A stretch of 64,000 bases of DNA from the human T2T-CHM13v2.0 reference genome, Homo sapiens, in the NCBI RefSeq assembly GCF_009914755.1, contig NC_060948.1. The stretch is one strand, 5' to 3'. Made by a program: the position numbers and the translations under genes. Under the pieces are notes generated by a model, which was not told where the DNA came from, did not search any database, and saw nothing but the letters and a program-made list of their open reading frames with translations. Below, in pieces: positions 1-18,816 of the stretch (positions within the stretch are counted from its first letter, which is position 1; each line of letters starts with the position of its first letter).

Positions 1-720
1 AAAAATGTGGTAAATAACTGAAGAATACCTCTGATGGCTTATTAGTAGACTGGACTCAGCTGAGTAAAGAATCTCTGAGCTTGAGGATTTATCATCAGAA
101 ACTTCGAAAACTAAAGAAAAGAAACACTGAAAATAACAGAAGATGATATCCAAGACTGTGGGACAACTATAAAAGGTGAAACAGAGTAATGAGAATACCA
201 GGAGGAGAAGAAATAGAAGAAAGTTCTGCAACAACCATGTCTGAGAACTTCCAGTATTAATGTCAGACACCAAACCAAAGATCCAGGAAGCTCAGAGAAC
301 ACCAGGCAGTATAAATGCCAGCAACCTACACTTGGACATATAATTTTCAAACTATATGAAATAAAAGATAAAGGAAAACTCTGAAAGAAACCAGAGGTGG
401 GGCAGAAAACACCTTACCTACAGAGACACAAAGATAAGAACTGCATTCAACATTGCAGAAACTGTGAAAGCAAGAAGACAATTAAATGAAAAATTCAAAA
501 TGTTGACAGAAAAAACCCACCAACCTAAGTTTCTGTACCCACTGAAACCACCTTCAAAAGTGAAGGAGAATTAAGGCCTTCCTCAGAAAAATAAAAATTC
601 AAGAAACTTGTTGCCAGGAGACCTGTCTTGCAAGAAATGTTAAATGAAATTCTTTAGAGGGAAACAAAAGATATATAACTGAAACCTGGATCAACATTTT
701 TTAAAAAAGACCATTAAAGA

Positions 721-1037
721 ATTGTGGTACAATAAAAACCTATGTATTTATTCTTAATTGATCTGACCAAGAAGTTCATAGACAATAACAAATACACACA
801 GATAGATTATGTATGCTTATACACAAGTTAAATGAGTAACACTAATACAAGGAATGGAATGGAAGGATGGGAGGGAGGAATTGTGGTACAATAAAAACAT
901 GTATTTATTCATAATTGATCTGACCAATAAGTTTGTAGATAATAATAAATACACACAGATAGATTATGTATGCTTATACACAAGTGCAATAAGGAACAAT
1001 AATACAAGGAATGGAATGGAAGGATGGGAGGGAGGAA
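721..1037. repeat. Tandem duplication, 2 x ~159 bp
   Basis: ATTGTGGTACAATAAAAAC...GGAAGGATGGGAGGGAGGA occurs at 721-879 and 880-1037. Confidence 0.9.
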
Positions 1038-1328
1038 TCAGGTGTTTTCTTTGTTAAGCAGGTAGTCACCCGTGAAGTGGGATAGTGTTATCTGAAAGTG
1101 GACTTGAATTGGTTGTAAATGTATATTGAGGAATTAGGTGTGTTCTTTGTTAAGCAGGTAGTCTTATTTGTTGGATAGTGGGGTAGTTTTATTTGAAAAT
1201 GGACTTGAATTTGTTGTAAATGTTACTGAGGAATTAGGTGTTTTGTTTGTTAAGCAGGTAGTCTTATTTGTGGGATAGTGGGATAGTGTTATTTGAAAGT
1301 GGACTTGAATTGGTTGTAAATGTATATT
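1033..1328. repeat. Tandem repeat, 3 x ~98 bp
   Basis: GAGGAAT.AGGTG..TTTGTTAAGCAGGTAGTC...TGGACTTGAATT.GTTGTAAATGT repeated three times. Confidence 0.9.
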
Positions 1329-2311
1329 GCAAATTCTGTGGCAACTAGTTAAAAAAAGTTTTAAAAAGAGAAGTACATGCTAAGAAAGACAGGGAAAATG
1401 TAGTCATCTAAAATCATCAATGAAAACTGCAAAAGGCAGAAAAAGAGTGGTAGACAAAAGAATGGAGACTGAGGAGAATGAATAGAAAACAGTGACAAAT
1501 ATAGTAGATATTAATCCAATGATATCAATAATCACTTTGAATGCTAATGGTATGAATGTACCAATTCAAAGATAGAGATTGTCAGAGTCTATCAAAAGAC
1601 AGACACATCTTGTTTCACTGCGCTTTGCTTTATTGTGTTTTGTGACCATGCATTTTACATATTGAAGGTTTGTGGCCACCCTGCAATAAGCAGGTCTCAC
1701 TGGCACCATTGTTCCTACAGCACGTGCTCACTTCATGTCTCTGTGTCACATTTCGGTCATTCTTACAGTATATTAAGCTTTTTATTATTGAATCTGTTAT
1801 AGTGATCTGTAATCAGTGATCTTTAATGCTACTGTTGTCATTGTTTTGGGAACCACAAATCACACCAGGATAAGACAGCAAACAATTGACAAATGTGTTT
1901 GTTCTGACTGCCCCACCAATGGGCCATTTCTCTTTCTCTCTCTTTCTCTCAGGCTTCTTTTTATTAATATTAAAATGTGGCCAATTAATAACCCTACAAT
2001 AGCCTCTATATGTTCAAGTGAAAGAAGAGTTGCATGTCTGTCACTTTAAACCAAAAGGAAGAAAAAATTAAGCTTAGTGATGAAGGCATGCTGTAAGCAA
2101 GACAGGCCAGTAGCTAGACCTCATGCAACACTTAGCCAAGTTGTGAATGCAAAGGAAGTGTTCTGGAAAGAAATTTAAAGTACTACTCCAGTGAATACAT
2201 GAATGATAAAAAGCTAAACAATCTTGCTGCTGTTATGATGGAAGTTTAATTGGTCTAGATAGAAGATTAAAAAAAAACAAAAAAATTCCATTAAGCCTAA
2301 GCCTAACTCTC

Positions 2312-2621
<310 letters not shown>

Positions 2622-3479
2622 TCCCTTCAATTCTATGAAGACTTAGAGAGGTGAGGCAGCTGCAGAAGAAAAGTCTGAAGCTAGAAGAGCTTGTTTCTTG
2701 AGGTTTAAGGAAAAAAGTCATCTCCATAACATAAAAGCGCAAGATAAAGCAGCAAGTACTGATGGAAAAGCTGCAGAAAGCTATCTAGAAGATAATTGAT
2801 TAAGATGGCTACACTAAACAGATTTGCAATGGAGACAAAACTGCCTTCTACTAGAAGGAGATGCCATCCAGGATGTTCCCAGCTAGAGAGGAGTTGATGC
2901 CTGGCTTTAAGGCTTCAAAGGACATGCTGACTCTTTTGTTAAGGCCTAATGCAATTGGTGATGTTAACTTGAAACCAATGATGATTTACTATTCTGAAAA
3001 TCCAAGGGCCCTGAAGAATTATGATAAAACACAGCTCTGCCTGTACTCTACAAATGGGAACAAAGCCTGGATGTCAGACTATCGGTTTACAAATATGGTT
3101 TACTGAATATCTTAAGCCCACTGTCGACAACTACTGCTCAAGAAATAAGATTCCTTTCAAAGTATTACCACTCACTGACAATGCCGCTGGTATTCAAGGG
3201 TTTTTACAGAGATGTATAAAGAGCTGAATATTGTTTTCATGCCTACTAAGCTAACATTCATTCTGGTGCTCTTGGATCAAAGAATAATTTCAACTTTCAA
3301 GTCTTATCACTTAAAAAATATATTTCATAAAGCTATAGCTTCTCTAGAAAGTGATTCCTTTGATGGATCTGGGCAAAATGATTGAAAACCTACTGGAAAG
3401 GATTCACCATTCTAGATGCCATTGAGAACATTCATGATTTAAAAAAGAAGATCAAAATAACAACATTAGGAGAAGTTGG

Positions 3480-3771
<292 letters not shown>

Positions 3772-4350
3772 AGAGAGAGAGAGAGAGAAGTTGGGAAGAT
3801 TATTCCAACCCTCACAAATGACACAGGGGTTCACGACTTCTGTGGAGGAAGTAACTGCAGATATGGTGGAAGTAACAAGAGCACTAGAAAGAGCCTGAAG
3901 ATCTGGTGAGACTGCAGCAGCCTCTGGAGAAAACGTGAGAGGATGAGTTGCTCCCACGGATGAGCAAAGAAAGTGGTTTCTTGAGATGAAATCTACTCGT
4001 GGTGAAGACAGTGTAAACAATATTGAGATGACAACAGATTTAGAATAAACTTGGTACAGCAGAAGGAAGGCTTGACAAGATTGAACCCAGTGATTTACAA
4101 TAATACATAAACTTAGTTGGTACAGCAGTACGAAGGTTTGACAGCATTGAATCCAATTTTGAAAGTTCTACTGTGGGTAAAAAGCTATCATCGTATGCTA
4201 CAGTTAATTCTTTTGTGAAAGGGAGAGTCAATTGACACAGCAACCTTCAACGTTGTCTTATTTTAAGAAATTGCCACAGCCACCCCAACGCTCAGCAACC
4301 ACCACCTTACATTAACATAAGACCCTCCATCAGCAAGAAGACTGAAACTT

Positions 4351-4604
4351 GGCCAGGTGCAGTGGCTCACACCTGTCATCCCAACACCTTGGGAGGCCAA
4401 GGTGGGTGGATTGCTTGAGCCCAGGACGTCAAGGCAACATGGCAAAACCCCATATCTACAAAAAAAAAAAATACAAAAATTAGCTGGACACGGTGGCATG
4501 CACCTGTAGTCCCAGCTAGTCAGGAGTCTGAGGTGGGGGTTTGATTGAGCATGAGGTTGAGGCTGCAATTACTCCAGCCTGAGCCACAGAGTAAAACCCT
4601 GTCA
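4351..4604 (+). mobile_element. Alu (AluJ-like, internally deleted)
   Basis: GGATTGCTTGAGCCCAGGA AluJ diagnostic; AC-rich tail. Confidence 0.85.
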
Positions 4605-4888
4605 CACACACACAAAAAGATTGCAGCTTTCTGAAGGCTCAGATGACTGTTAGCACTTGTTAAAAATAAAGTATTTGTAAATTAAAGTGTGCATACTTTG
4701 TAGACATATGCTATTGCACACTTTATACAGCACAGTATAAACATACTTTTACATGCACTGGGAAACCACAAGAAATTGTATAACACTTTATTGCAGTGGT
4801 CTGGAACCAAACCCACATATATCTCTGATGCATGGCCGTCCTGTATTGTACACTTACAAAAATACTTAAGAGGGTATATTTTAGGTGA

Positions 4889-6798
<1,910 letters not shown>

Positions 6799-6919
6799 TA
6801 AAATTTACATTTCTGAGTTAAGAATGCTTAAAATATTATAAAAACAGAAGCACAATTCATTATGTGTTTCATTAATTACCTTTATTAAAAACAACACAAT
6901 TATATTACAATAGGACAAA

Positions 6920-9690
<2,771 letters not shown>

Positions 9691-9691
9691 C

Positions 9692-9903
9692 CAGTTGAGT
9701 GTCCCTTATTTGAAATGCTTGGGATGTATTTCAGATTTTGTAATATTTGCATTATTCTTACTGGTTGAGCATCTCGAATTCAAACACCTGAGTCTGCGAT
9801 GCTCCAATAAGCATTTCCTTTGAGTGTCATGTTGGCACTCAAAAAGTTTCAGACTTTGGAGCATTTCGGATTTCAGATTTTTGGATCAGAGACATTCAAC
9901 CTA
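9692..9903. mobile_element. Tigger4a/Zombi-type non-autonomous DNA transposon
   Basis: CAGTTGAGTGTCCCTTAT...GGATCAGAGACATTCAACCT termini; internal ATGCTCCAAT.AGCATTTCCTTTGAG. Confidence 0.8.
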
Positions 9904-10982
9904 TAGTTGCACATCATGTATCTCATAAGTGAACATTCAGAATACGTAAAGTACTCCTACAGAGAGACTACCAGAAGCAGAGAGGAGCAAACACATTTTC
10001 ACACTAGGGCACCTCCTATCTCTCCTGGATTCCAATTAGGGCAGAGTAAGTGCTAGTTCTCTGCCAACCCAGGATTAGGCCCTGGAGCTGCAGTGAAAAT
10101 AATCACAGACGAAAACTAAGAAATAAAAAATGGAGAAAGTGAGACATCAAACTAAAATTACTAGAAACCCTCAGGAAGAAGGAAAAAGAAACCAAGAAAA
10201 CAGAAAAACAATTAAACCAGTTAATTAAACCTTGGCATGACCAGAAGATCAGAGTTTCCTAAAGGAGTGGAAATTTATTGATTTGAAGAGGATTTATTGA
10301 TTACTGATATGAAGAGGAAGAAAAACCATGAATGGTCTAAAGCAAAAGCCTAGTGTCTGAAGAAGTCAATAGGGTGAAAACAAGAGCTGGCCAGAATATC
10401 CACAGATGGTGATAAGTTGGCAAAGCCTTTACTAGACTACTCGTGAGGCTAACTAGAGGCCAAGGAGCCAACACTGCCCCTGTCCTTACAGAGAGACCCT
10501 ACACAGGATTCCCAGATATACATGGAAGGACAACATCTTATCAGGTCCTCTCTGTGCAGATGTGGTTATCATTCCAAATAATGAGCTCCAGCCCCAAGAC
10601 TGTTCCATCCTCAATTGCTTTGAGTGGGCAATATAGGCTCTCCACACACGAGCTACATGTAGGTTCCTTGGGTACCCAGATGGGAGCCATGAAACACAAA
10701 CCCTCCATGGTCAGGTCTGTATTTGTTTCCTGCCTTTTTCCCAGCAATCCCCAGGCACCAGCAGCGGTGGTCTACCTCTGCTGATTCTCAGTCAGAATCT
10801 AAACTTAGAAACAATTATAACCTAGACCCCAATTCTACCTGAAAGTAACAGAATAACATAATCTATACCCTGCAGCATGACTGTTTGCCCAACGTAATGA
10901 GGATGAACTGAGAGATAATGAATCATCATGACCCTGGCCCAAGTAATGAGAATGAACTGTGAGATAAATGAATGATCATGAC

Positions 10983-11850
10983 AAAAAACCCCGCTACAAC
11001 CCAACAACAAAATAAAGTGATTAAAAAATGGACAAACAACATTTATCCAAAGATGCAAAGATGATATACAATAGCCAAAAGATACATGAGATATATGAGA
11101 AGATGTGTAACATCACTAGTCATTAGAGAAATGCAAAAAGAAACCACAATGGGACATCACTTCAAACCCAACAGAAAGTAACAAGCGCAGGTGAAACTGA
11201 AACCCTTGAATACTGTTGGTGGAAATATGAACTGGCTCCTCAAAAAAAATAAAATAAAATGACCATATGATCCAGCCATCCAACTACTACAGAGACAGAA
11301 TAACTAGTAGCAGGACCTCAAACAGATATGTGCACACCTAAGTTCACAGCAGCATTACACAGCCACAAGGTGGAAAAAACCAAAACGTCCATCCAGGAAT
11401 AGGTGGATAAACAAAAGCATATATATATATGATATATATTATATATATATAATATATATAATGTATGTATATAATATATATGTAATATATATATAATATA
11501 TATATGAAGAAATATTATTCAGCCATAGAAAGGAAGAAAATCGTGACACATCTGACACATAACATGGAACCTACTTACAAAACAACAAATATTATATAAC
11601 CCTAGGTATATAAGCCAAATTTTTAGAAACACAAAGTAGAATAGTACTTGCCAGGAGGTGGAAGGAGGGGGAAATTAATAGTTGTTGAATGGGTATAGAG
11701 TTTTCCAAGATAAAAAAAAATCTAGAAATCTGCTACACAACACCGTAAATATTCTTAACTCTACAAAACTGTATACTTACAACTGGTTATGACGGTAAAT
11801 TTTAAGGTATGTGTTTGTTACCAAAATCCTAAATAATAAATTATTTCTAA
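10983..11850 (+). mobile_element. Old L1M 3' end with AT-rich microsatellite (11418-11506)
   Basis: ACATCACTAGTCATTAGAGAAATGCAAA; ACCATATGATCCAGC; L1M 3'UTR. Confidence 0.75.
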
Positions 11851-12559
<709 letters not shown>

Positions 12560-12560
<1 letters not shown>

Positions 12561-13370
12561 AAATAGAAAATAAGTAGAAAAATGGCAGACCTAAATCCAA
12601 CCTTAGCAATGATTAGTTACAATGTAACTTGACAAATACTCTACTTAAGAAAGAGACTGCCAGACCTGAGAGGAAAGCAAGACCCAACAATATGGCTTCC
12701 ACAGAGACACAATTTAAATACAAAGACACAAAGTATGAGAAAAAATATGCTATGCAGACACTAATAATAAAAATATGCTATCCAGACACTAATCATAAAA
12801 AGCTTCAAAGGAGACGTTAACACTAGATGAAAGAGGCTCCAGAACAAAATATATCACCAGAAATAAACAAAGTAATTTCATAAAAATAAAAGAATCAGAG
12901 AGGATGATGTTACAATTATAAATTGTGCCTCAAAGTGCACACAAAGTACACACACACACAGAGTCTCAAATTATGTGAATCAAAAACACAGAACAAAAGC
13001 AGGAAATTGACAATCCAAAATTATAGCTGGTGAATTTATACTGCTCTCTCAGTAACTGATGGAACAACCAGTTAAAGATATAGGAAAAATACGGATCTAA
13101 ATGACACAATCCGGACCCAAAGGGTACTTGGCAGTACCAAGATAGACTGTATGTCGATCAATTGAGAAAATGTTCAAGCATGAAATAGTATACAAAGTAT
13201 GTTGCCTGAACACCTGAAATTAAATTAGAAACCAACAACAAATTGATATCCAGAAAAGCCTCAAATGTCTGAAAACCAAGTAATAAACTTTGAAATACCC
13301 TGTGAGTCAAAAAAGTATTCACAAGGGGAACTGGAATGTATTTGGAACAAACTTGTTATAAAAATCATAT
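12560..13370 (+). mobile_element. Old L1M ORF2 endonuclease-region fragment
   Basis: Degenerate similarity to the L1 ORF2 5' region (GAAATTGACAATCC, AAATTAAATTAGAAACCAACAACA). Confidence 0.6.
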
Positions 13371-13379
13371 TTCTGGTAG

Positions 13380-15515
13380 ACTAAAGGTGACAACTTCTTT
13401 CCTGCTCCTCTCTCTGTGAGAACCAATTCCCCTTAAACCTTGTCCAGACTACTGACTTGCTTGGCCAACAAAAGGTGACAAAGGTGGTATTTGGGGACTT
13501 CAGAAGCCAGGCTGAGAAAACAGAACACTTATCCAGGAGAAAGCCAGTCACCAAGCAGGAAATCCCACTCCCCTGAGACCCCATGATGGAAACCACACGG
13601 GCAGTCCATGACTAGCTACACGCATTGACATCCCCCACTGACCCTCCAGCAACACCGACTCCCAACCACTAGTGAGCCTTCAGCAACATCCACTCCCTAC
13701 CACTAGTGAGCCACCCTGCACACCACCCCACTGTGCTTTCACACAATCCAGCTTGGCTGCAACTGTGTGTGAGATGAGCTGGCCACCAAGACTCTCTAAG
13801 CCAAAAAACAAGTAATAGTGAGTTGTTTTAAGCTGCCAAGTTTTGGGGATGGTTTCTTCAGAATAGATAACTGGAACAGAATATGGTAGCTGGAAATGAG
13901 CCGCTGTGGTAATCAGAAGTTACAATATGTGCCACGACTGTGAGGCTGACCTGTAACTGGGCCTCAAGGAGACCATTCATGCAACCTGGAAGGGCATCAA
14001 GACTCTTGGTCAGGGCCTGAAGGACGGTGAGAAAATGTCATTGGAAACTGGGGAAAAGGCCTGAGAGTTATGTGCTGAGGGACTGTGAGAAAACTATGGC
14101 CACAACATGGAAACTGAAAGGGCACTGCACCATCTCAGGGGTCTGCCTAAGGAGACATCTGGGAAGAACATGGAAAGTGCTACCAGCCTCCCCTAACTGT
14201 CACTGAATAAATATGACAGGAGAGGGACATGATCTAAAGAAGGAAGTTCAGTTTTCAAACAAAATTTAGAGAAAATAAAAAGAAATAATTTCTTGTCTCA
14301 AAAGGCCAAAGGAAAAAAAAAAAGAAAAGGAAAAAAAACTAAAAAGAAGCCATTGAATACCCTATTGACCATAAGAAAAAGGCAGAGAAAGTTGGTCAAC
14401 GGCAACCCAGGCACTGAAGGAAAAAGAACATGGAGAATGACAAAAGCCGAGAGGGAGGAGTAAAAGGACACAAACGCCGTTCTCAGGGACAAGGACTAGG
14501 CGCCGTTCTCAGGGACCTGGACTGGGCACTAATCACAGAACTGTAACAGGCGCCCCATGGGAATGACCAACTGTTAGATGGGGCCTGCAGGGCAGCACCT
14601 CCCTCCTGCCTCCCACCAACAGCTTCTAAACGGAAATGCTGACTGTTTTCACACCAGTCCCCTCACTGTGGCTGAGTGTGTGGGCACAGATGATAGGTCA
14701 CAAAAACCTGATTCAGTCCTCACTGTGGCTGAATGTGTCAGGGGCAGACGACAGGCCACCACAACCTGATTCAGTCCTCACTGTGGCTGTGTGTGTGGGG
14801 GCAGATGACAGGCCACCACAACTTGATTCAGTCCTCACTGCGGCTGAGTGTGTGTGGGTGCAGGTGACAGGCCACCACAACCTGATTCAGGATTCAGTTG
14901 GGCTACCAGCCAGTGCCATAAGGAAAACCATTCTGGGACTCTTGAGAGGGGCAAAGAATAATTTGCATGTGGGAGAAGCGTTAATAGTTTGTGGCCAGAG
15001 GACAAGCTGTGGCTTATTAAAGACTGCTGCAGGTTCCTACTATGCTTCTCATCAAGAGGTGGAATCTAATCACCTTTCCCCCTTGAATCATGGCTGGTCT
15101 CAGTGATGAGTACGACTGGACAGTGTGGCAGCAGAGATGCTCTGGGACTTCTGAGGGATGATCATGAGAGACCTTACAGCTTCTGCCTGGGCCTCGTGGA
15201 CACACACCCTGGGAGAAGTCAGACAAACCTGACTACCTGACACTGCCAGACTGGGAGGAAGTCCGTGCTGGCCACAAAGAGAGGGCTCGGTGCCTGCTCC
15301 ATGTCCCCAGCCACTAGAGTCCTTCTGGGTGCCTGCTTCAAGTCCCCCACCATTAGAGTCCTTCCAGATGAGACCAGGGACATCATGAAGCAGCTAACCC
15401 ACACTGCCCTGTCCAGTGTCTTGACCCAGAAAATTGTGACATGTAAAAAGAATAAATTCCTGGTTTAAGCCAGTAAGGTTACTGGTACATTGTTACATCT
15501 CAGATAATTAAAACC
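13380..15515 (+). mobile_element. MLT1 (ERVL-MaLR) element: LTR ~13380-13879, internal ~13880-14985, LTR ~14990-15515
   Basis: MLT1 LTR 3' ends (GTTGTTTTAAGCTGCCAAGTTTTGGGG..AGATAACTGGAACA; GGTTTAAGCCAGTAAG..AGATAATTAAAAC); MaLR internal start GAATATGGTAGCTGGAAATG. Confidence 0.7.
14656..14889. repeat. Minisatellite, 4 x ~58 bp
   Basis: CAGTCCTCACTGTGGCTG.GTGTGT..GGG.CAG.TGACAGGCCACCACAACCTGATT x4; explains the repetitive ORF 14636-15106. Confidence 0.9.
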
Positions 15516-16241
15516 CTGAAAAACTCATGAGAGATCCCAAGTAAAACCTTGATCTGAAACATGGCATGTGGCGATTTATATTGAGTATTAGGTTAAAAAT
15601 ACAAGAATGGAGCATAGTTAATATTTTACGTTAAAGCTAAAACTATAATTGCCCACTTAAAATTTTTCAGTTAATTAGGTTTTCACTTTTTGTTCTTAAC
15701 CAAGAAATCAACTAGTTTTAGTACATAAACAGTTGGAACTGATGCACACATCCGTTTTTCCTTACTAATTTTAAGCAGCTATCTGAAATAGGAAGGGTAA
15801 TATAATCTTTAAAGAATCTGAAAACATGACAGAAATGTTTAAACTATAAACATATATTGTAAATGTTAGCATATTATATACATTGCATATTAACATAAGC
15901 TAAAATCATTGACATAAATTTATATACAAAAAAGGTAGAAAATATGACAATGTTCTTCTTGTTTTTTTGTCTTTGCATATTTCTTTATTGGCCCTTGTCA
16001 AACGTGATCCACTAACTCCTGAATGCTTTCTCTCTCCCCTTGGATTCCTAAGGATGTCACCACAGTGCTGGCCAGATGCACAGGTCACAGGTGACTGAAC
16101 CTCATAATCCCACAAACACACACTTCAGGTTTTGCCAAGAATGACACTGTAAATATAACAAAGCTTCTGTGCTTGTTAGTGAACACGAACTCAGCTTCTC
16201 TCCTGTATTCGGAAATCAGGATGAGATGAAAACAACAAGCA

Positions 16242-16545
16242 GGCCAGGCACGGTGGCTCACACCTGTAATCCCAGCACTTTGGGAGGCCGAGGCGGGTGG
16301 ATCACCTGAGGTCGGGAGTTTGAGACCACCCTGATCAAAACAGAGAAACCCCATCTCTACTAAAAATACAAAATTAGCCGGGCATGGTGGCACATGCCTG
16401 TAATACCAGCTACTCAGGAGCTGAGGCAGGAGAATTGCTTGAACCCAGGAGGTGGAGGCTGCAGTGAGCTGAGATCACACCACTGCGCTCTAGCCTGGGC
16501 AACAAGAGTGAAACTCTGTCTCAAAAGGAAAAAAAATAAAAATAA
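16242..16545 (+). mobile_element. Alu (AluSp-like)
   Basis: GAGGTCGGGAGTT, GAGAAACCCC and CAACAAGAG diagnostics. Confidence 0.9.
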
Positions 16546-17561
16546 AGGAACAAGGAAACAAAAGTAACAAGGCTTGACACCAGATGAGCCTGAATATAAG
16601 CAAGAAAAGCCCAGAAGAAATCCCATTTTGGGTCACTGGCTGCATGGTTGTAATGCCATACACATAAAGGAAGAGAAGAGGATGTGGCTTTCACTTCGAA
16701 TTTTTTGAGCTTAAGGTAAATTTGGATAGCTACAAAGAAGCATTCAACAGAGAGTTAAACCTATGATGGAAAGACTGAAGAGGTCCAAGCTGTAGAGAAA
16801 CAGGACTGCAAACCACAAAGGGCTGAATCAGTCAAGGAGAACTGCAGGGCAAGATGAACAGGGACCAATGGAACATTTGGATAAGCTGTTGAGAAGAAAG
16901 GAGAATTCAGAGAAAAAGAACTGTCAGTGAGGTCATAATAGGAACTGTTACAGTGAACTAAATATGGCCTGGGAAGGACTCTGTACTTCTAGATTTGAGT
17001 CCCTGTGGACAAACTGCAACCTAACTTAATAGGTAGAAAGACTGAAAACCTAACTTAGGAGTATGTACCTAAAACAGTAGCTGAGTCCTGGCCAATCCCA
17101 ACAGCCAAACTTCTGCCACTCACACACTGCTGAATGTTCAGCTGTGTTCAAATAAGGCAAATGCTGAGCACTGTAACCTGTCCAGTTGTTTCTGGACCTC
17201 AATGCTGAGAACTGTAATGGACCCAGTTGCTTCTAGACCTCACTCCTCACTTCAGATTTTTGTACATCATGTTCCCTTTATTGTCTATAAATCTTCCACC
17301 ATGTGTCTGTGCTGGAGTCTTACTGAATCTGCTGTGATTCTGGGGGCTGCCTGATTCGTGAATCATTCATTGCTCAATTAAGTTCCTTTAAATTTAATTC
17401 AGCTGAAGATTTTCTTTTAATAGATGGTGTCAGAGGTGGGATCTGTGGGAGCAGGACTGCTAGGGCCTCTGGAGCTATACTGTGGTGGGCAGTGTTGCTA
17501 AGGCTTCTAATGACCCCCAGAGTGCTGAGGTACAAGGAAGGAACCTGAAAGGACCCGTTTG

Positions 17562-18816
17562 TGATGGCAGCAGTGGCCCACGTGGAGCAGTTGCTATGGA
17601 GACACTGGCTGCAGTGGGGAGGAGTGGCTGGGGCTGTGCGCTCCTCAAAGCTGGTGGGAGCCAGGAATGGATGGGAGACCTGCCCCTTCTAAATTATCAG
17701 GCAGGAGCCCCACCCTCCCAGGCACAGCTGCAGCCATCCAGCCATGACTGCAAACCTGGGCATCTCTGCACTCTCAGAGGCCCAGCAAGCTCCCCTGACC
17801 GGCAGGCTCAGTTGTACCTGGTCCTGCCACCTGGCGTCTCTCTGCTTCCAGAGCCCACTCCAAATTCGGATCCAAGTTGAGGCCAAACCCGGGCACAGTC
17901 ACAACCCGGCCCAGTTTGTGCAAGCTCAGGGCAGTGCTGACATGCCAGTCCCCTGCCACCTCGGCCCCCTCCAGACTTTGGGCACTGGCAAGCACAGGAG
18001 GGAGGCTGAGGTGGGGCTAAGAGTGGCTCAGCAGTGGCAGAAAGGCCCTCCTCAGCTTGAACGCCTGGGCACTATGGGCACAGCTACCCACAGTGCGTCT
18101 CCTCTCAGCTGCTGAGAGCTGAACAGACGTTGGGATGACCTGCCTGCAGAAAGGAGCTACCCACTGCAGGTCTCCTCTGAGCTGCACTGTGGCTCAATAA
18201 AGCACCTCTTCACCTTGCTCACCTTCTACTTGTCCACACACCTCATTTTTCCTGGACTCAGGACAAGAACTCGGGACCTGCCAACTAGCAGGGCTGAAAG
18301 AGGTGTAACATAAACAGGGCTGAAACGCACTCCTTGCTTGCCAAATTGCAGGCAAGAAGAAGAGAAGAGAGAAGGAGAGAAGAGCTGTGTCCCTTCAGGG
18401 AACACAGACCTAGGAGCTCCCCCAGCCAGGGCTGTGACACCTTCTTTGGGGCTCTGCAGGTCCTGCATCTCCAAGCTTCTGGGTGCCACTGCATTCCCTG
18501 ATACCCACAGTGGAAGCTGTTTGCAGTTGGCCTGGTCCAGCTGCAGCCTCACAGGGAGATGGCACCTGTGCCTGGAGCTGCCCACCCCACTGCAGCTGGC
18601 ATGCTTGGCTGAGTGAAGTGGCCAGATCCCATGCTCGCTTGCTCACACACCCCTCACTGCTCTGTACCCAGCTCGCCCTTGGCAGGTGTGGGATCCAGAC
18701 CACTAGCATGGGCTGAGTGGACAGAACTAACCCAGTGGGCCCGAACAAAGCACAGGTAAAGGCTCCACCAGCCAGAGGTTTCAGGCAGAAAAGTGACACC
18801 TCAGGATTCTCTAACA
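17562..18816 (+). mobile_element. MER52-type solo LTR nested in the MER57 internal region
   Basis: GC-rich LTR TGATGGCAGCAGTGGCCC...CTCTAACA with AATAAA at ~18196; flanks TTTG/CTTG (imperfect TSD). Confidence 0.8.

Larger units (their letters stand above)
1..1599 (+). mobile_element. Old L1M fragment (ORF1 region to start of ORF2), decayed
   Basis: L1 ORF1-like tracts (ATCCAAGACTGTGGGACAACTAT, GATCCAGGAAGCTCAGAGAACACCA) and an ORF2-start-like tract (ATATCAATAATCACTTTGAATG..AATGG); no open frame. Confidence 0.8.

Noticed and set aside
2861-3227. Functional TIGD1-like transposase gene
   Set aside because: Frameshifted, with stops and Alu interruptions
10887-10982. C/D-box snoRNA pair
   Set aside because: No proper RTGATGA box C, terminal CTGA or closing stem; a simple duplication explains it
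14664-14708. V(D)J RSS-like heptamer CACTGTG and perfect nonamer ACAAAAACC
   Set aside because: Spacer is 29 nt (8 nt from the alternative CACAGAT), not 12 or 23; no V or J segments nearby
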